A DNA stretch of 64,000 bases, taken from Octopus vulgaris (Eukaryota). A program made the translations under genes and the position numbers. Below the pieces are notes generated by a model. It searched no databases and was not told the origin of the DNA. It saw only the letters and a list, made by a program, of their open reading frames with translations. Positions 1-16,768 of the stretch are shown here, in pieces. The stretch covers positions 76,446,001-76,510,000 of the forward strand of contig OX597826.1 of NCBI GenBank assembly GCA_951406725.2. The letters run 5' to 3'. Each line of letters begins with the position of its first letter. Within the stretch, counting starts at the first letter, position 1.

Positions 1-534
1 TGTTTGAACGCCGAATACTGCGGTATTTGCCTTGAAAAGTTCTCACATGTAACCGTATGGTGCTAAGAGTACACACGTATATTATAACACTGAAGGAATA
101 TGGGCGCCAGAACACTGAAGGAATATGGGTATGGGCGCCAGAACCGCCAGATCACGTGATTTCTTCGTCCGGCACTTCCTGAATTGCAGGTGTCTTGTTG
201 GTGCGTACCTGCAAAATTTCGCTGCAAAAGATATATGTTATAGCTGATTTTTTAGTCACTGGTGTTGGAAATAACCAGCAAATTTATTAGAAGATAAATA
301 TTAGCGATAGAAGCAATACATCCACATGACAGGACCTCTCTAATCGAATACTGCAGTATTCAACATTCTAATAATACTTTAAACGTTAACTAGGATATAC
401 ATACATATATACCTTGTTGTTGATGTTGAAATTCCAATGAAGGAGCCTTGGATCTAGTTTAGAAATCGGTTTTTTCGGTAAGAAATCTTAAAATAAGCTG
501 AATAAAGGCATACATACATACATACATACATACA

Positions 535-566
<32 letters not shown>

Positions 567-619
567 GATTTTTTCGTTAAAAAATCAGCTACATATATCA
601 TACTAATTGCAAGAATAAA

Positions 620-2000
620 ATGGTACAACTCTCCCCTAATTGTACTCCTGGCTATATGACTATGACCTCCACTTCTCACAAGTATTACCCCACTTTCAAT
701 AGATCCTCAATAAAAATTTCATACTCCACCACACCTAACCTCGGATCTATCATAGCTGCTCTTAATAGTAGCCAACTCCAAGGCCAGTCAGTTCAACGTA
801 TACCCCTATATAGCACCCCAATAGGATCCGGACAATGGTAGTACCACAGCTATTAACAACTCTCCTAGGCTAATTAATTCTAAAATGACGGCAGTATCCT
901 GCAACCCTGATTACCAAATATAGGGTATCAGTTCTTACGTAACCATTCATTCCAATTCTATAATAAACTCCAACTTAGATCCATCCTTACCGACGACATG
1001 TCAACTTAAATTAGCCTCACGAGGACAATACTGTCGTGCATCCAATTTATGCCCTCTTGAATATTTTTGCTTACGTAAAAATGTGATATATAAATGCATT
1101 TGCTGACACCTCGCAACCACCAGGCAATGATTTATATTGAGAGCACAATAAACTTTAAGCGTAGACGTCGTGCACATATTAATTCTTTTATTTAAAAAAA
1201 TTTTATTAAAAAAAAATTTTCTACTTCACTAGCATAATCTCGAAGCACAAACTATGCAGTTCAAACTATCCTGATCAATAGTTACGGAAGCCACCCCACT
1301 TACAATTCATATATACGTAAATGTAAACCCTGTATCAAATAATCATTAACTATTCTGTGTATGTATAATTCTTCAATGTTAAATAGGTTTTCAGATGTTA
1401 TTTTTCTCCCGTAAACACAGGTATTATTCGACCCTTAGACCTTTGGCTAACTCTTCTTAACTTCATAATAAATTATTATTCCATTAATTCTGAATTGTAG
1501 TAGCTTCTCCTCTAATCCCCCACCTCTAATATCATTAATAATTTCGTCTTAATAGTACTATATTCGTCTGTAGCTCTTTATAAAGTCTGCCAAGTTTGAA
1601 TTCCACCAAATTAGCATAACAACTGTAAACTTATCAGTTGGAGATTTCCCTGAAGAAGGAAACGGTGGTATGAACTAACAGACCTTAACATCTATAATAT
1701 CTTTGGACCACTATTCCTCCAGAAACAGCCGTCGGACCTTAAGGACTTATAACTTTTCCATCTGGATTCATAAAATTCCACACTGATTTTATACTCCATT
1801 CATTCTATTTATATATTTTTAATGTAGTTTTTATTGTAAGTCGGACTTTATATTTGTATAATCTTAATATGTTCTTAGTGCATTTATATTGATATATTTA
1901 TATATTTTAATGTATTTTCAATGTATTTATATATATCTATACATTTTTATTGTATGATTTGTGTACATAACGGAATATATTTTATTAGAAGCCTATTGGT
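620..2000 (+). mobile_element. Degenerate Penelope-like element 3' part (GIY-YIG remnant plus pseudo-LTR)
   Basis: ORF 620-841 contains FNRSSIKISYSTTPNLGSII, like the PLE FN..K.SYS..N motif. Downstream are NVIYKC (~1080) and IYIESTINFKRR..H.NS (~1130), a GIY-YIG-like motif with stops and frameshifts, then a hammerhead-like motif at 1647-1736. Confidence 0.7.
1647..1736 (+). ncRNA. Type I hammerhead ribozyme-like motif in a PLE pseudo-LTR
   Basis: tcc-CTGAAGA (1650-1656), stem II aggaa..gtggt / accac..ttcct, GAAAC-agcc-GTC (1722-1733), then gga. Stem I is only 3 bp. Confidence 0.55.
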
Positions 2001-2106
2001 AAGTTTATTGTTTCTCATCGGTATTTTTCCTATTCTTCCTATGTCTGAAATGTCCCGAGCGCTGAAATGTCTGAAATGCCCCGAGAAAATTTATCTCTAA
2101 AAAATA

Positions 2107-2158
<52 letters not shown>

Positions 2159-2253
2159 ATTATTATATAATAATATAGAGTAAAATCAGAAATGATTTTT
2201 ACCAAGTGGTCAGCACGGAAATAAAACCTCAAAGGTAAATTTTATAAATAATA

Positions 2254-2500
2254 TATAATTACATACATAATTATAACAAGGACTTGGCTTGCGCCTCACC
2301 ACGCACTGAAAAATAGACGTCAAAAGACACTATTACCGCCATAAACTCTCCGAGAAAAACATACTACATTATAGGCTAGTAGAAGAAAGAACCCATTTTC
2401 TCGGAGAATTTATGATGGTAATAGTGTCTTTTGACGTCTATTTTTCAGTGTGTGGTGAGGCGCAAGCCAAACACTTGTTATAATTATGTATATAATTATA
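2254..2500. repeat. Long inverted repeat (~105-bp arms) between (TA)n tracts; probable PLE terminal fold-back
   Basis: 2254-2358 is the near-perfect reverse complement of 2396-2500. Extra unique sequence 2165-2253 lies on one side only. Confidence 0.85.
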
Positions 2501-2510
2501 ACATAAATAA

Positions 2511-2566
<56 letters not shown>

Positions 2567-2572
<6 letters not shown>

Positions 2573-2896
2573 ATTAGAGACAAAACCACTATTATGCAAC
2601 TCAAACAAAGAAAGACTTAAGCCAATACATAAATTAATTTATATTATTTAGAAATGTAACAATTATTAATATCCACTACGATCGTTTCGTGTCTTCGTAG
2701 TGGATATTAATAATTGTTACATTTCTAAATAATATAAATTAATTTATGTATTGGCTTAAGTCTTGTCTTTGTTTGATTTGCATAATAGTGGTTTTGTCTC
2801 TAATTTAATATAATATAATATTTTACTTTAAAATTGGATTCAATCCTAAATCTGATTTTTCCCTGTAAGTTTGGATTTATTCCCTAATTTTTATTA

Positions 2897-2900
<4 letters not shown>
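2567..2900. mobile_element. Fold-back PLE pseudo-LTR remnant in (TA)n
   Basis: Arms 2567-2681 and 2695-2810, with a 13-nt loop. The minus strand at the apex reads GAAAC-GATC-GTA (half hammerhead). One-sided tail 2811-2900, (TA)n on both flanks. Confidence 0.7.
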
Positions 2901-2944
<44 letters not shown>

Positions 2945-3468
2945 GCATACTTACATATATAAATGCTTGTCTTTATGTTCAGATACAATAAAAACAATTT
3001 TGTGTTAATCTGATGGATTACTGTATACTTTTGTAGGGTACACATTTATTATTCTTAAACAAGAATCTTACTGACAGTGGTTTCCAAGTTAAGCTGCCTA
3101 AAATAGCCGAAACTTCCTAGTCGCTGTCAATAATACACTTGCTTAACAACAAACATATACGTATATAAGATATATAATAAGAGTTGGCCAGAGAGAGAGA
3201 GAGAGGAGGGGGGAGAAGCAAAGAGAATGAACGAGACAACATCAGGCGTGTCACTTATTGCTGGTTTATACCAAGTACATTTGTCTTAACTCCGACAAAT
3301 TAAGCACAAGTTATAAACTCTAAACAAATTAACTTCGAAATACATTTTCACTGGTTGTTTATTACAAACATTTTCAATGAATGATTGCATTAATTGCTAA
3401 TAGTAATTGTGAAATGAACTCTCAGTTCTGCTAATAGATATTTGTAGTCTACTAATTTTTTTGCAATC

Positions 3469-3546
<78 letters not shown>

Positions 3547-3672
3547 TATATGCACATATATGTATACATATATAAGATATTTAATATATATATACACACA
3601 CACACACACATATGTATATATATCTATCTAAATATGCATATATACACATGTATACATACATATATGTATTTA

Positions 3673-3714
<42 letters not shown>

Positions 3715-3735
3715 CATGTATATATATGTAGGCAT

Positions 3736-3784
<49 letters not shown>

Positions 3785-3787
<3 letters not shown>

Positions 3788-3935
3788 GCGTGTGGCTTAC
3801 TGGTTAAGGTTATTACAGTCGTGATCATTAGTTTGTAGTTTCTATACCTGGACCCAGCGATGCGCTGTGCTGAGCGAAACACACCATTACATGTTTGTCC
3901 AGTCCGTTCAGATGGTAAAAGGAGTAATTCTGAGT
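3785..3935 (+). mobile_element. Degenerate tRNA-derived SINE head
   Basis: A-box-like tggcttactggtt and a decayed B box; resembles the SINE at 63801. Confidence 0.4.
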
Positions 3936-5229
3936 TGGCTCGGACTCCTTCTCTCTCTTTCTCTCTCTATCTCTATCTCACTATATCTCTTTCTCTCTTT
4001 TTCTCAATCTCTCTCTCTCTCTCTCTCACACACTCACACACACACGTACTTATACAAGATATACAATTCTGCATTTTTAGTTTTTAGTATCATTAACATT
4101 GGTTAATTGCGGAGAAGTAATATTAACAATAAAAAACAAAACAAAACATTTTTCATGAAAATCACTTAGAAAATAGAGTTAAACAAGAGTAGCAGTAGAA
4201 GCAGCAGGAGCAGCGGCAGCAACAACAACAACAGCAATAATAGTAAATAATATTAATAATACCAACAATTCGTTAATACCCAAGATGACAAACAAACATT
4301 GATATAAGAAACAAAACAAGTCTTGAACGAAAGCAAAAAGTACGAAAGCCAAAAGGAAAGAAGTTTAAAAATAAAACAAGCGGCGGCCAGAAGAATAAGT
4401 ATAAAATATGTACGACACAAGTGGCTTGCGTTACCTGTAAATTACCTGTTAATTGTTTTGGTACGTCATATTCATCATTGCTTATACACATATAGGTAAT
4501 TATTTCTTTTTTTTATTGTCTCCATCAATGGTCAGAAACAATGCAAGAAGGTTGATTGAATAACGGCCGCCTTCGTGAAATTGCCATAAAAACGCTAATA
4601 ACAAAAACAAACGAGTCGTTATTTTGTATTTCTCTATGGAAACATTTGCTTAAGATGTCTGCATTTCTGTGTGTGTGTGGAATGTATATATATATATATA
4701 TACCTCAGTCTAGGTGACTGAGTGCGTTTCACAAAAATTTGACCAACATAAATTCACCGTAAAATCTTCATCTTCTGCCATTCTTCATTTTTCGTTTAGC
4801 GTTGCTGTTGTTGTTGTTGTTAATGTTGCTGTTTCGACTGTTGTTGTCAGTTGTTTGTAAATATAATGATGGAGGTTAGTGGAGGAGATGTCGGCTATAT
4901 TCGGAGTCGTTGGAGTCGTTGGAGTCGGCGGTCGAATTGGCTTTGATGATGTTGCTAGGAGTTTCCAGTATTTGTTGTTGTTGTTGTTGTTGTTGTTCCT
5001 CTTCTTCTTCTTCTTCTTCTTCTTCTTCTTCTTCTTCTTCTTCTTCTTCTTCTTTCTTCTTCTTCTTCTTTAGTTTTTTTATTAATCTTTTTGTCCATTT
5101 CCCTTTGTCATGATTGTCTTATCTTGGAGCAGATTTTTTTTTTAAAGACAAGATTGTTATAAACATGGTAATAACAAAGGAAAAACAGTGATAAAATACC
5201 GAAACAATTATACTACATATGTATGTGTG

Positions 5230-5262
<33 letters not shown>

Positions 5263-5277
5263 GTATACATGTATGTA

Positions 5278-5321
<44 letters not shown>

Positions 5322-5942
5322 CGTGTGTGTGCATATATGTATGTATATATATATATATGTGTAGGTATATATGTGTGTGTGAAAACACACACATATATAT
5401 ATATTTCTTTATATATATTATATATGTATATATATACATATAAACACGCATATGTGTATGTAAAATACGCACGCGCATGCAGTCATTCACATACAAATAC
5501 ACGAAGACACACACACACACAACATAATCAGACAGAATATACACCCAAAATTGTTTCTAAGTACCGAAATAAAAAAAAACGAAAAGCGGAAAACAACAGA
5601 AAAAATACACCAATAACCGCATTCCTTCGTTTTTTTTGTTCTCTCTTTATTATTTCTTGTACAGTTGTTGTTTTATTGTTACTGTTGTTGTTTATTTGTG
5701 TTGTTATTGTTATTAATTGTTCTACACAAATCAAGTTAAACCATTTAGAAATCACCATGCACATCATCATCATCATCATTCACATAATTATTAGATTTGT
5801 CACAGTATTTGTCTTTTATTGTTAAATCATCAGAATGGATAGAATGAGAGTCAAAATATTTTGTGGTATTATTTAGTCCCACCTTTCCGCACTCAATTTT
5901 TGAATGTCGTTGGGCTAAACTTTGCTTTCCATCCTTTCGTGG

Positions 5943-6020
<78 letters not shown>

Positions 6021-6021
<1 letters not shown>

Positions 6022-6135
6022 CCTGCTCGCTTAGCCAACGGGGTGGCGTCATTTGAAGGCTAAAACAATTCGAAGCGCATTGTGACCAGCAATGTGTAGC
6101 AAGATCTGATAGCCTGGTCGGCCATGGTGATCACG

Positions 6136-6140
<5 letters not shown>
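6021..6140 (+). mobile_element. 5'-truncated SINE family A (3' tail only) inside (TA)n
   Basis: Near-identical to 6430-6550; (TA)n on both sides. Confidence 0.85.
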
Positions 6141-6208
<68 letters not shown>

Positions 6209-6211
6209 GTA

Positions 6212-6247
<36 letters not shown>

Positions 6248-6252
6248 TGTAT

Positions 6253-6550
6253 GGAGGCGCAATGGACCAGTGGTTAGGGCAGCGGACTCGCGGTTTCGAT
6301 TCCCAGACCGGGCATTGTGAATGTTTATTGAGCGAAAATACCTAAAGCTCTACGAGGCTCTGGCAAGGGGTGGTGGAGATCCCTGCTGTACACTTACGCC
6401 ACAACTTTCTCTCACTCTTTCTTCTGTTGGCCTGCTCGCTTAGCCAGCGGGGTGGCGTCGTTTGAAGGCTAAAAACAATGCGAAGCACATTGTGACCAGC
6501 GATGTGTAGCAACATCTGATAGCCTGGTCGGTCACAGTGATCACGGTAAT
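6253..6550 (+). mobile_element. tRNA-derived SINE family A, near full length
   Basis: A box tggaccagtgg, B box gtttcgattcc. Head and body match 32923-33113; 3' end gtcacagtgatcacggtaat. Confidence 0.85.
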
Positions 6551-8269
6551 ATATGTATGTATATATAATTAAGTGATGTGAGAGGGAGAGATCGTGTGAC
6601 TAAGTTGATCACCTTCAAATTTGTGGGAAGGACATTGTTCACAATATTCACAGCAGTTCTTGATATCACTTATTTTATCCATTTCTGAAAGAATGAAAAG
6701 CTAAAATCTCCCTTGGCAAGATTAGAATTGAGAATGCAAGCTCCTAGAACTCTTAGCTGCAAGACATTGACTCAGTCACTCTATCGACTCTGCAAACCAA
6801 CCAATCTTGGAGACTGCAATATATTGCAACGCATCCTTCCATAGTAACTGTCTGATATATTTATATTTTTGTTTCGTTAGTTCTTTGTTGTTGAGTCTGA
6901 TAAATGATAACCGTAAAGAATGCATTTATATGAAAAGTTGCGTATACAATGTAAACGATGCTATAACTTATTATCTTTACAGCTGTTTCGAATGGTTGAT
7001 GACTCATTGATAAAATGCCTATTATACCAGTAGGTCCGATACTGAAGCAATATTGTTGGTATGACCACTCACTCCCTTGTACCTGTACTCCATAATTATA
7101 TTTCCTCTCACCTCAATACTTTAACCAACTTGTCTCCCTTTTCTTCTGCCCATCCTCTTACATATCACTACCAACTCCCCTCTCTCTCTATCTAATTTTC
7201 AAACCACTATATATACTTTTCTCTACCATAAATTGCCCTGCTTCTGAAGTGAATGTCGCGACTCAGAGCAATTAAGATCCGTACTAATTAATCCTTTGCT
7301 TTTATATCTACCAAAATGATTACCTTAGTATTGCACCTGGTTCTGTAATATTTAACGCGGCTACCGCAGCCTTCAGATTCAGAGCCACTAATGTAGTCCC
7401 TCCCACGTTGTCTTCCTGTATTGGATTTGTTACGAACATAGAACATCTCAGTTATGATTCCGTTAATAAAGTTATACATTACATGTAAGATTAAAAGATT
7501 TAAATTTCAGAGAGATACATTTTCGTTTGCCAAACACTGTATATATATATATATTCATCAGACAAAGAAACTGATAACTGAAGCTGGATAGATTTTTATT
7601 TTATCTGCAAAGTTCTGCAGAAGAAAAGAATGGAATATCTCGTTACTCCACACTATTGTTGCTGTCTTATCTCACAAGAGCAATCCTCAAACTCAGTTCG
7701 GTTGATATTACTCTGTCTGTCTGTCTGTCTCTCCTCCTCCTCCATCTCTTTCTCCCTCTCTCTCCTTCACTCAGTTTACTCTCGTACATACACACATACA
7801 TACGCACATATGTATGTCTCCCTATCTCTCCGCCTCTCAAGAGACACGCAAAGATGAAAAAGAGAGATAAAATGAAATTATCGGGTAATTTATTAATAAG
7901 CTAGGATTGTTCAAAGAATATGTTTATATATTTTTATATACCAAATGTGTGCACATATATAGAAGGATAATATTTGACAATAACACAGACACACACACAC
8001 ACACATACATACACATACGTAAAATACATTTGTGTGTGTGTGTGTATTTATATATGTATGCGCATATCATATATTTGTATATTTGTACATACTAACTAAA
8101 TGTATAATGACAAAAGGTAGATTTGTTTCTACTAAATGTAAATACTGTATATAGGCAAGATACATTTATTTATATTTACTAATTACGTTTATAAGGGCCA
8201 AGTATATGTTTGTATACGTTAGATATAAATTTGTGTAAAGAGGGAAGATAAACATTTTTCTATATTAAT

Positions 8270-9060
8270 GAGTGTTTTTTTATTTATTGAATTATTGTGG
8301 AGGAAAGGGCGGAGTTCATGGCTTTACAGTAGGTCCTTCGAGATTGGTGAGAACGCCGTGCTTGACGTTCCAGTGGCATCAACGGGTTTAACACAAGCCG
8401 AGGGCGCGAGAAAAAGAGGAAACATATTCAGAGAGGCATTTCAAAAGAGATGACGGTCTGCGAAAGAAGGAATAACTGTAGTCGCAGGTTTTGGGCCTAA
8501 GGTAGTGGTGGCGAGGAGAAGAGAATATAAGGGTCGAAGAAAGCAGGGACTGGTGTATTTTTAAGAGGTGACTCGAGAGTTGCTTACTCCCAGGAACAAA
8601 CACTAAATGTAGAAGAGTTTGAGAGCGGGGAGAGCACGTCTGTAGGTGAAGTGCTGGGGTAGTGTTGGTTAGCGGCTTCTTGCCAGTCAGTCATATGTTT
8701 CTGTCTTGGATGTCTGTGTAGATGCAGAAGCAGATTTGGGGCAGTATCTCATTACGAGTTTTATAGCTCTTTGTGTTCAGTTAGACGTAGTTAATGGCTT
8801 GAGTATTTTATGGCTCTAAAAAGGAAGCCAGTCTTTGCGATGTCGTCTTTGTTTTGTTGAGTATATATTCCTTTGCTAGAAGAATTCTTCTGTGATGTTA
8901 TCTAAAGTCTGTAGTGACCTTGGTAGTTCCAGTTGTGCGATGTTCGTGTTGAGTGGGCAGGAGGTAGGGTAGTTCTTTTCGAGGTATAGTGATTCAGCCT
9001 TTTAGCAGAACACTTTTGGAGATTGTTTACTTATTGTCTTTTCCTGGGTTTAGCGCAGAT
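8270..9060 (-). mobile_element. Degenerate LINE 3' end (CR1/L2/Jockey group)
   Basis: Minus-strand fragments EYILNKTKTTSQRL / GFLFRAIKY, M.YCP.I and DYSYSFFRR..LL resemble the RT thumb and C-terminal SFF.R motifs. Many frameshifts; A-rich tail near 8270. Confidence 0.55.
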
Positions 9061-9744
9061 TAGGCATGAATCGTCTAATCAGTATATGAGTGAAGCTGGT
9101 TACAGAAGGTTAAGGAACATGAAGAGTGGTATTATCTTCACATGAATGTAGAATGGTAAAACCTAAACCCCAGCCTAAACCCATATACTTCTATACAATC
9201 TACTTGTATCTACTAAATCTGTCTCCAACTCTTTGACTATACTTCTTATTACCCAATCAATTTTGAGTTACTAAACGGCAAAGCACATTTCTTTTTTTCT
9301 TAGTTGCAGACTTCAATGTAGCTGCAGTGGCTGGATCCTGTAGGAGAAACCTGAAAACTGGTTCCAATGTTTGTGGATGTGCATTGCAGTAACAAACAGC
9401 GATGTTGAGATAGCTGCATTTCCAGTGACCGAGTTTTACCTGTGATATCAGCCACCGCTGAACCTCTGTCAATTAAAACATCCCCACCCTGCTCACTTTG
9501 ACTCTGTAACTGGTGTAGCTACCCACTTGATACTCTATGTACTGAAATCACTATCAGCCTAAAGGGTAATAACATATTTATGGAAGCTTTCAATTAAGAT
9601 GACATTCAACTGCTGTTTAATCGATCATATGATGGCATTCACCTCGTTTACACCCCTTTATACTGACCACTGGTCTCCTAATCGAGGGCAGAGTTATAAT
9701 GACCAGGATATAGTGACTCTGTCGTGACTTTTCATTTGAGACAG

Positions 9745-9980
9745 CAAAAGACGAAGACAGGTGGTGTAGACAACAAACAGCTGTATTAGTATAACGCTCG
9801 GGAAGTGAAAAAGTCTCTAACGTTTCGAGCCTACGCTCTTCCGCAGAAAGGAACAGTGAGAGAAAACAAAGAATGTGTAGTGACTAGCGATCTATCATGG
9901 CGAATACCGGAGAGAAGGGTCACACAGGAGAGCTAGGGAGAAGGAGAGATAATAAAGTAGTGGTGATCCCAAAACGAAGG
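9745..9980 (-). mobile_element. PLE pseudo-LTR-like fragment with variant minimal hammerhead
   Basis: Homologous to 16500-16710. Minus strand CTTT-CTGCGGA-A-GAGC-gtag-GCTC-GAAACGTT-AGAG. Confidence 0.55.
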
Positions 9981-9987
9981 TGTTGAT

Positions 9988-10351
9988 ATTGATGTATCAA
10001 TATCAACAGATGACAACCTTTCTCTAAAAGAAATGGACTATCTTTCAAAATACAAAGACCTGGAAATATAGGTAACTCGAATGTGCAGTCTAAAAACAGA
10101 AACAATTCCTATCATAATAGGCGCATTAGGTATGATAAAAAATATTCAGAAAAATATATAACAAAAACACCAGGACTAACAAAAAATATATAACATACAG
10201 AAAACAGTACTATGAGGCACGGCACACATCTAACGTAATACACTTTCAATACAGTGAAAATATGTGCACCACAACAAACCACAGCACATACCCAAGGCAC
10301 ACATAGCTCCGCTCGGTAGTGCAGTGAAAGCATGTGGTAAAAATAAGATTA

Positions 10352-10354
<3 letters not shown>
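9988..10354 (+). mobile_element. R4/Dong-like retrotransposon, diverged 3' fragment (family A relative)
   Basis: Aligns with 10610-10976 with many substitutions and indels; ends in (AAT)n. Confidence 0.85.
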
Positions 10355-12881
<2,527 letters not shown>

Positions 12882-13399
12882 GCAGTACCACCGCCAATAA
12901 CAACGACGACGTTAACCAAAACACAAGACTATCACGATTCTTGCAATCTGGTTCTCAACAAGGCGGAGACACCCGAAGCTGGCGGAATTCGATCTGTGAG
13001 TTCTACACATTTGCTCGGCCAACTAGAAGCGTATCTTTAGAAAGATCGAAGTTGAATGAAATATGTCAATTACAATGAATAGCGCCACTACATCACTATC
13101 GCCGTCTGGTTTTGGTATGTTTCGTAGAACTAACGACAGAACCTATATTTTATCGACCTGATAGAAATAGCACCAAAATCTTCCTCAGCTCACATACGAT
13201 CGTCCTAGAAAAGGGCGTATTAGATAATATGGTCAGAGTATCTCGTAGACAAGAAAAAGTTGGGTGGTCACGGATGGAGTACCTCTGATCGTATGTCAGC
13301 TCGATGAATGCTGACTTGGAACTAAACAACAAATGCTGTAACTGCAAACTCTACATTTATATTGTCGCATCATGAGAACCACTCAGCCCCCCACCTCAT

Positions 13400-14220
<821 letters not shown>

Positions 14221-14273
14221 ATACATGTATATATTCTCTCTATTTCTCTCTTCAACTGTATTCCATAAAAACG

Positions 14274-14315
<42 letters not shown>

Positions 14316-14600
14316 ATGTAAGGAAGCTCCGACACGATCCATCGAACGGCTAGAAATTGCCGCTAACTCCACTTCGATCGCGTCTTGGATTACGATTGAT
14401 CTAGGACAATTCAGTAAAAACGCCCGCAAACACACATACAAAGAAGGAATGCCTGCACACATACACACACATTCACCCCTACACATAGACTCACAGTCAC
14501 ACACATGCACCCTCACACTTACATACGCTTAAATACCACGAACACACACGTACTCTCGTACGCAGAAATACACTCATACATAGACAAGCATATTCACTCA

Positions 14601-14653
<53 letters not shown>

Positions 14654-14664
14654 GCACAAGTATA

Positions 14665-14980
14665 TCTTTTAGCTTTTTCTTGTTTCAGTGATTAGGCTGC
14701 CACTGCCATTCTGGAGCACCGCCTTAAGGAATTTTAGTCTATGAAATCGATTCCAGTAATTATTTTACACACACACACACACACACACAAACACCCCCAC
14801 ACACCGATATATTTATATAAATGACGGGCTTCTTTCAGTTTCCGTTTACCATATCTACTCACAAGGTTTTAGTAGCCCCGGGACGGTTGTAGAAGACAAT
14901 TGCACAAAAGTGCCATGCAGTGGGAGTGAACCCGGAACCATGTGATCGCGAAGCAAACTGCTTACCACACAGCCACGCCT
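14665..14980 (-). mobile_element. SINE family B, diverged and internally deleted
   Basis: Matches both the tail and the head of 26655-27067. Confidence 0.8.
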
Positions 14981-15834
14981 TGTGAAATTTCTACATAGGT
15001 TTCCGTCGGTTTCGACGATGAGTCTTACGTAGCATTTCGACCTTTTATGTTCGTCGAATTCACATTTACGCGTCTGAGAATTCTAGGGTCGTCAGAATTT
15101 CATTTTCAAATAGATTTAGCAGCGCCGAGGGTAAGAAGTTTTCCTCATCGAAGTACAAAATCCACCCCGATAAACGTCGATATAGATTCTGTCGACCCAG
15201 TTTCGGGTACAAGATTTGGTTCAGCTGGATCTACAATTGAAAAGAGCGACATCGCAGCAGAATCGAACCCGGCTTTTGGAGGTTATGAAATGAACTTCCT
15301 TATCATTCGGTCATTCAGAAAACGCGCGCGCGCATACACACACGCACACACACATACACACATACATACACACGCTCACAGGCACACAGAAACACACACA
15401 CAGACACACACACACAAACACAAATACATACACACACATACAAGCGCGCACATACAAACTTTGAAGAAAAATGCATGCACTCACAGGCATGTTTTCGCAC
15501 GAACCATATTAACAAACACACGTACACAAACCACAAGCGCGAAAAACACATACACACAGACACATGAAGTTATACACGTATGCACGCGCACACACGCATA
15601 CAAACTCGCGCGCGCATACCCACAAACACACACGCAACGCGCACATACACACACATGTTCATAAGTGCAAACGCTTTCACATACAAAACACAAACATACA
15701 TATTCGGAACCATACCGGCGCACATACAAAGCCATACCCTCACAGCAAACACATACACACATATACACGAATCCACACAGAGGCTCACATATACACGCAA
15801 ACAGACATACTCAAGTGTTACAGGCATCCATAAA

Positions 15835-15988
15835 AGGAGTGGCTGTGTGGTAAGTAGCTTGCTTACTAACCACATGGTTCCGGGTTCAGTCCCACTGCGT
15901 GACATCTTGAGCAAGTGTACTCTACTATAGCCTCGCGACCAAAGCCTGGTGAGTGGATTTCGTAGATGGAAACTGAAAGAAGCCTGTC

Positions 15989-16050
<62 letters not shown>

Positions 16051-16370
16051 ACAATTTAATAAGTAACATATATGCATACATACATATATGTACATACCTA
16101 CATCTATATGTATATATACATGCATATATGAATATGTGTGTGTGTGTGTGTTTGTGTGTGTGTGTGCGTGTGAGTGTGTGTGTCTGTGTTTGTCTCCCCA
16201 ACCGATGTTAGTGTGTTTATCTCCCCGGAACTTAGCGGTTCGACAAACAAACCGATATAATAAGTACAAGGCTTACAAAGAATAAGTCCTGGGGTTGATT
16301 TGTTCGACTAAAGGCAGTGCTCCAGCATGGCCGCAGTCAAGTGACTGAAACAAATAAAAGACTAAAAGAA
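15835..16370 (+). mobile_element. SINE family B (tRNA-derived, CORE-like, internal TA/TG microsatellite)
   Basis: A box tggctgtgtgg, B box ggttcagtcc, CORE-like cttgagcaagtg, tail ctccagcatggccgcagtcaagtgactgaaac. Confidence 0.9.
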
Positions 16371-16445
16371 TAAATGAAAAGCGAAAACACATGCATAGAC
16401 ACACACACATACACACATGCATACATACATACACACATAAATACA

Positions 16446-16481
<36 letters not shown>

Positions 16482-16496
16482 TATACATATATATAT

Positions 16497-16705
16497 AACG
16501 GGAAGCTTTATGAAAATAGACAAAAGACAAAGGCAGGTGGAAAACAAACAAACAATTGTATTAGTATGGCGCTCAGGAAATATAAATAAAACAAGTCTTT
16601 AACGTTTCGAGCCTACGCTCTTCAACAGAAAGATACACAGAGAAAAAAAACACAGAAAGAAGGAGAGAAAAAAATGCGTGCAGTAACTAACGAATCAACA
16701 TGGCG

Positions 16706-16710
<5 letters not shown>
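16497..16710 (-). mobile_element. PLE pseudo-LTR-like fragment between (TA)n tracts
   Basis: Homologous to 9745-9900. Minus strand CTTT-CTGTTGA-A-GAGC-gtag-GCTC-GAAACGTT-AAAG at 16597-16632. Confidence 0.6.
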
Positions 16711-16768
<58 letters not shown>

